DNA of 24,156 nucleotides. It comes from an uncultured bacterium. Its GTDB lineage: Bacteria; Patescibacteriota; Minisyncoccia; UBA6257; JAGGUH01. Every line of letters starts with the position of its first letter. The stretch's first letter is position 1. Location of the stretch: the NCBI GenBank assembly GCA_937877385.1, contig CALGBJ010000041.1, positions 1-24,156 of the forward strand, written 5' to 3'. Below, in pieces: positions 7,042 through 14,628 of the stretch. Both the position numbers and the translations under genes were made by a program. The notes beneath the pieces are model-generated. The model was not told the origin of the DNA. It saw only the letters and a program-made list of their open reading frames with translations, and did not search any database.

Positions 7042-8031
7042 ATGGAACTATTTCAATTAGTTGAAGAAGTTAAAGAAAAAATTGCTAAAGTAAAAAATTT
7101 GGCTGAATTAAGAGAAATTGAAGTTGAAATTTTAGGCAGAAAAGGAAAAATTTCTCTTTTCTTAAAAGGCCTTAAAAAAATAAAGGCACTTGAAGAAAGA
7201 AGAAGAAAGGGCAAAGAGATAAACGAAGCCAAGTCCTTTTTGACTGAATTGATAAGAAGGAAAGAAGAAATTCTTGCTCGGCAGTTAGAAGAAGAGATTT
7301 TAAAAAAAGAAGAAATTGATATTTCTCAACCAGGCATTAAACCAAGAAAAGGACATCTTCATCTTATTACCAAAACTATTTGGCAGATAGAGGAAATTTT
7401 TAAGAAAATGGGCTTTGCTGTGGCTGATGGACCAGAGATAGAAACTCCTTATTATAATTTTGATGCTCTCAATATTCCAGAAAATCATCCGGCCAGAGAT
7501 CTTTGGGATACTTTCTGGTTGAAAAAGAAAAATTATCTTCTGAGAACTCATACTTCGCCTGTTCAGATTCGCTATATGGAGAAAAAAAATCCGCCTTTAA
7601 GAATTATTGCTCCGGGAAAGGTTTTTCGTTATGAAGCTACTGATGCTAGTCATGAGATTCAATTTCATCAAATAGAAGGATTGATGGTAGATAAAAAAGT
7701 TTCTTTAGGCAATTTCAAGGCAATTATTAAAGAATTTTTTAATGAATTTTTTTCTGAAGAAACAGATATTCGCTTTAGGCCAAGCTATTTTCCTTTTACT
7801 GAACCGAGCGTGGAAATAGATATTAAGCCGAAAAAGACAGATAAATGGTTGGAGATAATGGGCGCAGGAATGGTCCATCCAAAAGTTTTGGCAAATGTCA
7901 AAATAAATCCTTTGGAATGGACTGGTTTTGCTTTTGGGGCCGGTATAGAGAGGTTGATAATGATTAAATACAATATTCCTGATATTAGGTTGTTTTATAA
8001 GGGAGATTTAAGGTTTATTAGGCAGTTTTAA
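7042..8031 (+). CDS. pheS: Phenylalanine--tRNA ligase alpha subunit
   Basis: YNFDALNIPENHPARD, LLRTHTSPVQIR, PGKVFR, HEIQFHQIEGL, FRPSYFPFTEPS, GFAFGAGIERL. Confidence 0.98.
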   Translation: MELFQLVEEVKEKIAKVKNLAELREIEVEILGRKGKISLFLKGLKKIKALEERRRKGKEINEAKSFLTELIRRKEEILARQLEEEILKKEEIDISQPGIKPRKGHLHLITKTIWQIEEIFKKMGFAVADGPEIETPYYNFDALNIPENHPARDLWDTFWLKKKNYLLRTHTSPVQIRYMEKKNPPLRIIAPGKVFRYEATDASHEIQFHQIEGLMVDKKVSLGNFKAIIKEFFNEFFSEETDIRFRPSYFPFTEPSVEIDIKPKKTDKWLEIMGAGMVHPKVLANVKINPLEWTGFAFGAGIERLIMIKYNIPDIRLFYKGDLRFIRQF

Positions 8032-8159
8032 AAAATTACTCTTGACAGAAAAAGAAAAACATCAGAGAATAAAGCAGATTGCTGAAGAAAAACAAGTTTT
8101 TTTCTTTCTTCTGATTTATGTTGGAAGAGAGGAGTAAGGAGTGAAAAAAATAGCGGTGA

Positions 8160-8208
8160 CCCCCTCCTTGGTCCTCCCCCTCAAAGAGGGGGAGGATAAA
8201 GGTGGGGG
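8160..8208. repeat. GC-rich 49-nt hairpin (REP-like element or terminator) between pheS and rplS
   Basis: TCCTCCCCCTC-AAA-GAGGGGGAGGA is a perfect 11-bp stem, extended by CCCCCTCCTT/AAGGTGGGGG to about 23 bp with 2 mismatches and 1 G-T pair. Confidence 0.8.
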
Positions 8209-8237
8209 AGATTGAAAACAATCATAAATAATCAAAA

Positions 8238-8588
8238 ATGGAAAAAAGCGAAACAATTATTAAAAAATATCTAAAAAAAGAACTTCCAGAAATCAAAGCA
8301 GGAATGAAAGTAAGAGTTTATGAGAGAGTTAAAGAAGGGAAAAAAGAAAAATTGTCGCCTTTTGAGGGGATTGTTATTAGAGTTAAAGGTAAAAAAGATG
8401 CCAATACTACTTTTACCCTCAGAAATGTTTTAGATGGTATCGGTGTGGAAAAGACATTTTTTCTTTACTCTCCTCAAATTGCCAAAATAGAAATTTTAGA
8501 GAAGTTTAAAGTAAGGAGAGCGAAGTTGTACTTCATAAGAGAACTCTCGCCAAAAAAGATAAAAAAGAAATTAAAGAAAATTCAATAA
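8238..8588 (+). CDS. rplS: 50S ribosomal protein L19
   Basis: LPEIKAGMKVRV, FEGIVIRVKG, TFTLRNVLDGIGVEKTFFLYSP, KVRRAKLYFIR. Confidence 0.96.
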   Translation: MEKSETIIKKYLKKELPEIKAGMKVRVYERVKEGKKEKLSPFEGIVIRVKGKKDANTTFTLRNVLDGIGVEKTFFLYSPQIAKIEILEKFKVRRAKLYFIRELSPKKIKKKLKKIQ

Positions 8589-9011
8589 ATGCGTTTTGAA
8601 GTTCCTCAATATATTGAAATAGAAAGCAAAATTGTTGGTCCTTTAACCTTGAGGCAGTTTCTTTTTTTAGCCGGGGCTGGTTTGATTATTTTTTTAACTC
8701 ATTTTATTTTTTCCGGAACCTTTTGGTTTGTTCTAAGTTTGATTACTGGTTCAATCGCTTTTCTTTTTGCTTTTTGGAAGCCAGAAGGGCAGAGGTTGGA
8801 AAAATTTCTTTTAGTTGCCATTAATCATTTTTTGAGTAATCGACATTATTTTTGGACAAAAAAAGAAATCAAAAGGGAAATTGTTTTAGAAAAGGAGTCA
8901 GAAAAAGAAAAAGTAGGGGAAGAGAGCGAAGAGATTAAAAAGAAGAAAGAGGAAGAAAAGAAAAGAAAGTATGATATTGAGGCAATTGCCAGGATACTCG
9001 ATGAAGAATAA
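8589..9011 (+). CDS. PrgI family membrane protein
   Basis: MRFEVPQYIEIESKIVGPLTLRQF pattern, two TM helices, W/F-K-P-E-G-Q-R-L, Y-F-W-x-K, charged tail. Confidence 0.8.
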   Translation: MRFEVPQYIEIESKIVGPLTLRQFLFLAGAGLIIFLTHFIFSGTFWFVLSLITGSIAFLFAFWKPEGQRLEKFLLVAINHFLSNRHYFWTKKEIKREIVLEKESEKEKVGEESEEIKKKKEEEKKRKYDIEAIARILDEE

Positions 9012-9022
9012 AAGAAATTAAT

Positions 9023-9050
9023 TTGCTTTTTTTAATTTTTTTGCTAAAAT
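9023..9050 (+). promoter_or_regulatory. Putative promoter TTGCTT-N16-TAAAAT with extended -10 TG
   Basis: Hexamers 9023-9028 and 9045-9050, TG at 9042-9043. Confidence 0.55.
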
Positions 9051-9083
9051 TTATTTAAAGTCGTTTAATTTAAAAAAATTATT

Positions 9084-10196
9084 ATGGTTGAAGGTTCAAA
9101 CAACAATCAAACAAACAATCAAAACCAGGAAGCGGCAAAATTTCCCGAACCAGAAAAAAAAGAAAAAGTAAAAATTCATACTCTTGAATCTGATTTAGAA
9201 AAAGTAAAACGAGGCGAAGGAGAAATTGACCTTTCTGATACTTTTGACGAAAAAGAAAGTCAGGAGAACAAAGAACCTCTTTTTAGTCCTCCTCCTTTTG
9301 AGGAGAAAGATAGAGAAGTGCCTTTGCCTTCAGAAGAAGGAGGTTTTTCTCGAGACGAGGCCGAAGAATTTTTAGAATCACAAGAAAAAATTTCTCAAAA
9401 AGAAAAAACCGACTTTAAGAAAAAATGGCTAATTGTTTTAATTGGCTTAATTTTTATTATTTTGGTAGCTTTTCTTTTAATCTATTTTTTAGCCCTAAAA
9501 AAAGTTAAAAAGACAGAAGAGGTAATGCCAACGCCTTTTGTTACTCCAGTGCCGACTGAATCATTAACTCCTCAACCAACTCCTTTAACTTTTAAGGGCT
9601 TATTAGCAGTTGAAGCTGAAAAGAAAACCTTAGAAATTCCTATTCTTAATCGAGAGGTTATTTATCACTTGCTTTCTCAAGAAACGCAGGGAGAAAAAGG
9701 GACTTTAAGAGAATTTTTTCTTTCTTTAGAGAAAAAAACAGTAAAATTCAGTGATTTCTTTCTAACAGTTATTCCGGAGATTTATTCGGTTGCTTCAAAA
9801 GAGAATATCGATTTAAAAACTATTTTTGAAGATGATTTCTCTTTAGTTATTACTTATCCAGAAGATTATCCTCAATTGGCTTATATTGCTCAAATTAAAG
9901 AAGGAAAAAGAGATGAGGTAGGAAAATTGATTGAAGATTTAATTGATGAAAAAGATTTAGCTTATTCTCTTAGGCAATTTCATTTTTTTGCTGATCCAGG
10001 CAAAGCTAGTGATAGAGGTTTTCGTCGAGGAAAATTAGGAGATATTGAAACTTACTTTTTAACCTTCAGCAATCCTGATTTAGCTTTTGATTTTGGCTTA
10101 AGTACTGATAACAAATTGATTGTTTTTACTTCGATGAAATCGTTAAAAATTATTCTCAAATATTTACCCTCACTCAGTCAAACGCCAATTGAATAA
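9084..10196 (+). CDS. Hypothetical single-pass membrane protein (acidic low-complexity N-terminus, TM, Pro/Thr linker, C-terminal globular domain)
   Basis: E/K/P-rich first ~110 aa, hydrophobic WLIVLIGLIFIILVAFLLIYFLAL, MPTPFVTPVPTESLTPQPTP linker. Confidence 0.8.
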   Translation: MVEGSNNNQTNNQNQEAAKFPEPEKKEKVKIHTLESDLEKVKRGEGEIDLSDTFDEKESQENKEPLFSPPPFEEKDREVPLPSEEGGFSRDEAEEFLESQEKISQKEKTDFKKKWLIVLIGLIFIILVAFLLIYFLALKKVKKTEEVMPTPFVTPVPTESLTPQPTPLTFKGLLAVEAEKKTLEIPILNREVIYHLLSQETQGEKGTLREFFLSLEKKTVKFSDFFLTVIPEIYSVASKENIDLKTIFEDDFSLVITYPEDYPQLAYIAQIKEGKRDEVGKLIEDLIDEKDLAYSLRQFHFFADPGKASDRGFRRGKLGDIETYFLTFSNPDLAFDFGLSTDNKLIVFTSMKSLKIILKYLPSLSQTPIE

Positions 10197-10199
10197 AAA

Positions 10200-10562
10200 A
10201 TGAAAAAGAAGTTCATTGACTTAATGAAAAAAGAACTCCAAGAAGAAAAGAGGTTTCTTAAGGAAATTTTGGCTCCTTTAGCTAGGGAAATTAAAAATAA
10301 TGTCTATGAAATTAGACCACCTTTAATGGGTGAAGGCGACTTTGAAGAAAGAGAAGCTAAAGAGGATGAAGAATTTGGCAATCGTTTAGCCGTTATTGAA
10401 AAATTGAAAGAGCGATTAGATGAAGTTAATGAAGCCCTTAAAAGAATAGAAAAAGGCGATTTTGGCAAATGTCAAAGTTGCTCAAAGAAAATTGAAGTTG
10501 AAGTTTTGTTAGCCAACCCAGCAGCAAAATTTTGTAAAAAATGTCTCAAGAAAAAATTATAA
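10200..10562 (+). CDS. TraR/DksA C4-type zinc finger protein
   Basis: Coiled-coil N-terminus, then EVNEALKRIEKGDFGKCQSC...NPAAKFCKKC (CxxC-17-CxxC). Confidence 0.88.
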   Translation: MKKKFIDLMKKELQEEKRFLKEILAPLAREIKNNVYEIRPPLMGEGDFEEREAKEDEEFGNRLAVIEKLKERLDEVNEALKRIEKGDFGKCQSCSKKIEVEVLLANPAAKFCKKCLKKKL

Positions 10563-11131
10563 AAGACAACGCTAAAAAATACAAAATCTGTGTTTCTGGA
10601 GCGGCTGTTACTAAGCATTGCCGTAAGAATTGGCTGGTTGTTGCCAAAGAATTGGGGAAGGAAATTGCTAAAAGGGAAATGATTTTGGTTACTGGGGCTA
10701 CGACTGGTGTTCCTTTGGCAGTGGCTGAAGCAGTTAAAAAAAATAACGGTTTGGTTATTGGTATCTCGCCAGCCGCTTCCAAAAAATCTCATACTGCTAA
10801 ATACAAGTTACCAACAAAATATCACGATTTGATTATTTATAGTGGTATGGGTTATGCTGGCCGAAATTTAATTTTAACTAAAGCCGCTGATGGAGTAATT
10901 ATTCTTTGTGGTCGGATAGGCACCCTTAATGAATTTACTATTGCTTTTGAAGATGAGAAACCGATTGGTGTTTTAGAAGGAACTGGTGGGACGGCTGATA
11001 TAATTAGAAGAATTGTGGCTAATTCTTTTCGAGGTCCGGGAAAAATTGTTTATGATTCTGATCCAGTTAAACTTTTAGACAAACTAATAAAAGTAATTAA
11101 AAAAGAAGAAGAAAAAATAAAAAGAATTTAA
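10541..11131 (+). CDS. LOG/SLOG-family nucleotide-binding protein (TIGR00725-like)
   Basis: ICVSG, LVTGATTGVP, IGISPA, YSGMGYAGRNLILTKAADGVI, GRIGTLNEF, GVLEGTGG. Start codon uncertain (22-nt overlap with the upstream gene). Confidence 0.82.
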   Translation: MSQEKIIKDNAKKYKICVSGAAVTKHCRKNWLVVAKELGKEIAKREMILVTGATTGVPLAVAEAVKKNNGLVIGISPAASKKSHTAKYKLPTKYHDLIIYSGMGYAGRNLILTKAADGVIILCGRIGTLNEFTIAFEDEKPIGVLEGTGGTADIIRRIVANSFRGPGKIVYDSDPVKLLDKLIKVIKKEEEKIKRI

Positions 11132-11174
11132 CTTTATCTTCTTCAAGGTCGTTTAATTGAGAGGATAAAAAATT

Positions 11175-11591
11175 ATGGCAGAAAAATTAATTGGCAAAGT
11201 TACTCATTACTTTACAGCTATTGGTGTTGGCGCTATTAAACTTAAAGGGAAAATTAAAGTCGGCGATGTCTTGCGTTTTAAAGGAGCAACGACTGATTTT
11301 CAGCAAAAAGTGATTTCTCTTCAGTATAATCGTCAAGATATTAAAGAAGCTAAACCTGGTCAGGAAGTGGGCATAAAAACTGAGCAAAGAGTTAGAGAAG
11401 ATGATAAAGTTTTTCTAGTGATTGAAGAAAAGAAAAAAGTTGCTGCCAAGAAGACGAAGAAAGAAACAAAAAAGAAAAAAGAAGTGAAAAAAACAAAAAG
11501 AGCAAAGAAAAAGACGGTTGATAAGAAGGCCAAAAAAGCGAAGAGTTCTAAAAAAACAACCAAAAAGAAAACTACTAAAAGAAGAAGATAA
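11175..11591 (+). CDS. Translation-factor/U32-C-terminal-like beta-barrel protein with Lys-rich tail
   Basis: IGKVTHYFTAIGVGAIKL...KVGDVLRFKG...EAKPGQEVGIK...VREDDKVF, followed by 53 aa containing 32 K/R. Confidence 0.75.
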   Translation: MAEKLIGKVTHYFTAIGVGAIKLKGKIKVGDVLRFKGATTDFQQKVISLQYNRQDIKEAKPGQEVGIKTEQRVREDDKVFLVIEEKKKVAAKKTKKETKKKKEVKKTKRAKKKTVDKKAKKAKSSKKTTKKKTTKRRR

Positions 11592-11597
11592 AAAAAT

Positions 11598-12065
11598 ATG
11601 CTTGATAGTTCTTTTCTTTGGCGTTTGCTTTTGGCAATTATTTTGGGTCTATTGATAGGTTTTGAGAGAGAATATCTTTCAGAAAAATCAGCCGGGACAA
11701 GAACTTATGCTTTAATTGTTTTTAGTTCTTGTCTTTTTGCTTATCTTTCAAAATTTGGTTTTAGTGATGTTTTTGGTTCAGCTCGAGGTACGGATCCTTC
11801 CCGAATAGCTGCCAGTATAGTTGTTGGCGTTGGTTTTTTAGGAGCTGGGACAATAATTGTTCATAAAGATAAGGTTATTGGTTTGACAACAGCGGCTAGT
11901 ATTTGGTCTTCGGCGGCTATTGGGATGGCTCTTGGCCTTGGTTTTACTCGTTTAGCGATTTTTTCTACCTTTTTGACAATTTTTGTTCTTTTAGGAATAG
12001 GTGTTCTTGAAGAATTTTCTTTAAAGAAAGTAGAAAAACAAATTATTGAGAAAAAGAAAGATTAA
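11598..12065 (+). CDS. MgtC/SapB family membrane protein
   Basis: RLLLAIILGLLIGFERE, AGTRTYAL, DPSRIAASIVVGVGFLGAGTI, GLTTAASIW. Confidence 0.93.
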   Translation: MLDSSFLWRLLLAIILGLLIGFEREYLSEKSAGTRTYALIVFSSCLFAYLSKFGFSDVFGSARGTDPSRIAASIVVGVGFLGAGTIIVHKDKVIGLTTAASIWSSAAIGMALGLGFTRLAIFSTFLTIFVLLGIGVLEEFSLKKVEKQIIEKKKD

Positions 12066-12067
12066 GT

Positions 12068-13144
12068 TTAAGCCCTTAAAACTTTGATTTTTTTCTTAAG
12101 GATGTATTTGCCATTAGGTAGTTTTTTAACTTGAGGCATCCTTTGTAAATTTAAAAGAATAGTGCTCTTTTTAGAAATAAATTGCTTGTCAAGTTGTTTT
12201 TTTATTTCTTCAAAACTCAAGGGCTTTTTGGATTTCTCAAGTATAGTTAGCAAGATATCTTTAGTTGTTCCTCCTTGATAGCCCCATTCTTTTAAAGCAT
12301 AAGTTCCTCTACCAACCAAGACAAAACGAGGGTCGCGAATAAGTTCATTGTGGACTGTATGAAGGCTGATTTGTCTTGGCCAAAGATTTTTTTCTTTAAT
12401 TAATTGATGAAGTTCTTTGAAGTGAAGAGGAGTTTTTAATTGGCGGAAAACTAAATAGACCTGGTCCCTGATGTTTCTTGGCTTGATAAAATTATTTTCT
12501 TTGAAACCGATTTCTCCTAGGATATTAATGCCAATTCTTTTATCTAAAGAAAGATAAGAGCAAATAGTACTTTCACTCAAAGAATTTTTTTGAGCTAAAG
12601 AAGTAATTATTTTAGAAAATTTTTGGCTATCAACAATTCCTCCTGAATTCTCTATTTTTTTATAAAAAGAAAAGAGAATTTTCTCCAACCTCTTTTTAGC
12701 TTCTTGGTTTAAATAGAAAAAACTTTCCCTTTCTTGACTTCTAGGTTGAAAGAAAATTTTTTGTGAAGAGATTAAAAGAAATTTTATTTTCTTTTCTAAG
12801 AATCGTTCTTTTTCTCGGTGAAAAAAGTGATTTTTTATTTCGTCTAAAAATAAACCCTCTTTTCTTATTCCTCCCCAAAGAGAAAGGTGGTTTTTAGCCC
12901 AATTGATATATTCCTGCCAATCTAAAAAGGAAGAGTCATTGAAACTTTCTTCAATTTTCTTTTGGCCGTTTTCAATGATTTGTCTCACCCTCTCTCTAGT
13001 GATGCCTTCTTCTTTGCCGATTTCTTCTAAGCTCCGAGGTTGGCCGTCTTTTAAACCATATCTTTTTTCTAAAATTTTCGCATAGCGGGGATAAAGCCCG
13101 CTTAAAATTGAGTTGATTAATTTAGAGAGTTTTTTATCCTTCAT
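12068..13144 (-). CDS. Sigma70 region-4 HTH plus HARE-HTH (RNAP delta-like) domain protein
   Basis: N-terminal ILEKRYGL...RSLEEIGKEEGITRERVRQI (sigma 4.2-like); C-terminal PLHFKEL...TVHNELIRDPRFVLVGRGTYALKEWG winged HTH plus a further small wHTH. No sigma region 2. Confidence 0.8.
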   Translation of the reverse strand: MKDKKLSKLINSILSGLYPRYAKILEKRYGLKDGQPRSLEEIGKEEGITRERVRQIIENGQKKIEESFNDSSFLDWQEYINWAKNHLSLWGGIRKEGLFLDEIKNHFFHREKERFLEKKIKFLLISSQKIFFQPRSQERESFFYLNQEAKKRLEKILFSFYKKIENSGGIVDSQKFSKIITSLAQKNSLSESTICSYLSLDKRIGINILGEIGFKENNFIKPRNIRDQVYLVFRQLKTPLHFKELHQLIKEKNLWPRQISLHTVHNELIRDPRFVLVGRGTYALKEWGYQGGTTKDILLTILEKSKKPLSFEEIKKQLDKQFISKKSTILLNLQRMPQVKKLPNGKYILKKKIKVLRA

Positions 13145-13153
13145 TTTTTCAAA

Positions 13154-13182
13154 ATTATAACTATTTATTGGTCATCTGTCAA
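13154..13182 (-). promoter_or_regulatory. Perfect consensus sigma70 promoter TTGACA-N17-TATAAT
   Basis: Minus-strand TTGACA 13182-13177 and TATAAT 13159-13154; ATG 9 nt after the -10 element. Confidence 0.85.
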
Positions 13183-13220
13183 TTTTTGTTTAAGTCTGGT
13201 TTTTAAAAATTGGAAAGATC

Positions 13221-13258
13221 TTTAATTAATCCTTGAATTAATTCAAGGATTAATTAAA
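13221..13258. repeat. Perfect 38-bp palindrome in a divergent intergenic region
   Basis: TTTAATTAATCCTTGAATT|AATTCAAGGATTAATTAAA, no spacer. Confidence 0.92.
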
Positions 13259-13290
13259 TTAATAATTAAATTAGTTTTGAGTTCTGAGTA

Positions 13291-14628
13291 ATGAAAATTA
13301 ATCAATTAAAAGATAAAAAGATAGCCATTGTTGGTTTTGGCCAAGAAGGGAGGTCGTTAGCCAATTTTTTGAAGAAGAAAAAAATAAAAGAAATTTTTAT
13401 TTTAGATGAAAAAAGAGAATTAAAAATCCCGGCATTTTTTAAAAAACGATTAGGAGAGAATTATTTAAGAAATTTAAGCGAATTTGATTTAATTTTTTTA
13501 AGCCCAGGAATTTCGCCAAAAAGGAGAGAGTTTGAAAGGTGTCAAGAAAAAATTTCTTCGGCTACGGAATTGTTTTTTGATAATTTTCCAGGGAAAATTA
13601 TTGGCGTTACCGGCACCAAAGGAAAAGGAACAACAGCTAGATTGATTTACCGAATTTTAAAGAAAGCCAAATCAAGAGAAAAAGTTTTTTTAGGAGGGAA
13701 TATTGGCAAACCTCTAATTTCTTTTTTAGAAAAAGCAGACAAGAAAACAATTATGATAGCTGAGCTTTCAAGTTTTCAGCTTCAAAACTTAAAAAAATCT
13801 CCTCGAATTTCCCTGCTAACAAATTTAGACAAAGACCATCTTGATTATCACTCTTCTTTGAGAGAATATCAGCAACTTAAGTTAAATATTTTTAGATTTC
13901 AAAAGAAAAAAGATTTAGCCATTGCCGATTTGTCTTTGAAGAAGAGGGTTGAAAAGATAAATCAAGCCAAAAAACTATTTTTTTCTCTTAGTAATAAAAA
14001 AAGTAATGCTTTCTTTGAAAACGGTTGGTTAAAAGTGAGGATAAAAAATAAAGAGAGAAAAATCTTGTCAGAAAAAGAAATAAAATTGCCTGGAAGACAT
14101 CTAAAAAAAGATATTTTAGGAAGCGTTCTCTTAGCTTCTTCTTTAAGAATAAAAAAAGAGGTTATTGCTAAAATAGTTAAAAGTTATCGACCAGACAAAC
14201 ATCGCTTAGAGAAATTTTTCCAAAAAGAGAAAATAATTTTCTATAACGATTCCAGCGCGACTAACCCTTTAGCTACTGTTGAAGCCATTAAAAGTTTTTC
14301 TTTGCCAATGATTTTAATTCTTGGCGGAAAGAATAAAGGGTTTGATTATCAAAAACTCTGTTCAACAATTAAGAAGAAAAATAAATTAATAAAATTAGTT
14401 ATTCTTTTTGGCGAAAATAAAGATCAACTAAAGAAGCTTTTGCCAAAAGATATTAAAAAAATCATTTTGTCTGATTTTAAAAAAATTGGTCAAGAAATCA
14501 AAAAGAATCTTTCTTTTGATAGAGGAATAGTTCTTTTCTCGCCAGCAGCTAGCAGTTTGGATTATTTTGAGAACTATCAAGAAAGAGGAAGGGTTTTTAA
14601 AGAAATAATCAGAAGGACCTTTAGTTAA
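13291..14628 (+). CDS. murD: UDP-N-acetylmuramoyl-L-alanine--D-glutamate ligase
   Basis: IAIVGFGQEG, LSPGI, IIGVTGTKGKGTT, GGNIG, ELSSFQL, DHLDYH, HRLE, YNDSSATN, ILGGKNKG, LFSPAASSLDYFENYQERG. Confidence 0.95.
   Translation: MKINQLKDKKIAIVGFGQEGRSLANFLKKKKIKEIFILDEKRELKIPAFFKKRLGENYLRNLSEFDLIFLSPGISPKRREFERCQEKISSATELFFDNFPGKIIGVTGTKGKGTTARLIYRILKKAKSREKVFLGGNIGKPLISFLEKADKKTIMIAELSSFQLQNLKKSPRISLLTNLDKDHLDYHSSLREYQQLKLNIFRFQKKKDLAIADLSLKKRVEKINQAKKLFFSLSNKKSNAFFENGWLKVRIKNKERKILSEKEIKLPGRHLKKDILGSVLLASSLRIKKEVIAKIVKSYRPDKHRLEKFFQKEKIIFYNDSSATNPLATVEAIKSFSLPMILILGGKNKGFDYQKLCSTIKKKNKLIKLVILFGENKDQLKKLLPKDIKKIILSDFKKIGQEIKKNLSFDRGIVLFSPAASSLDYFENYQERGRVFKEIIRRTFS

Noticed and set aside
7300-7973. 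Minus-strand ORFs 7300-7551 and 7785-7973
   Set aside because: Antisense shadows of pheS with no recognisable motifs.
8036-8221. 61-aa minus-strand ORF between pheS and rplS
   Set aside because: Phe/Leu-rich read-through of A-tracts and the GC hairpin; no family signal.
10472-11563. Minus-strand ORFs 10472-10792, 10546-10782, 11187-11387, 11360-11563
   Set aside because: Antisense shadows of well-supported genes; the hydrophobic look of 11360-11563 is just the complement of Lys codons.
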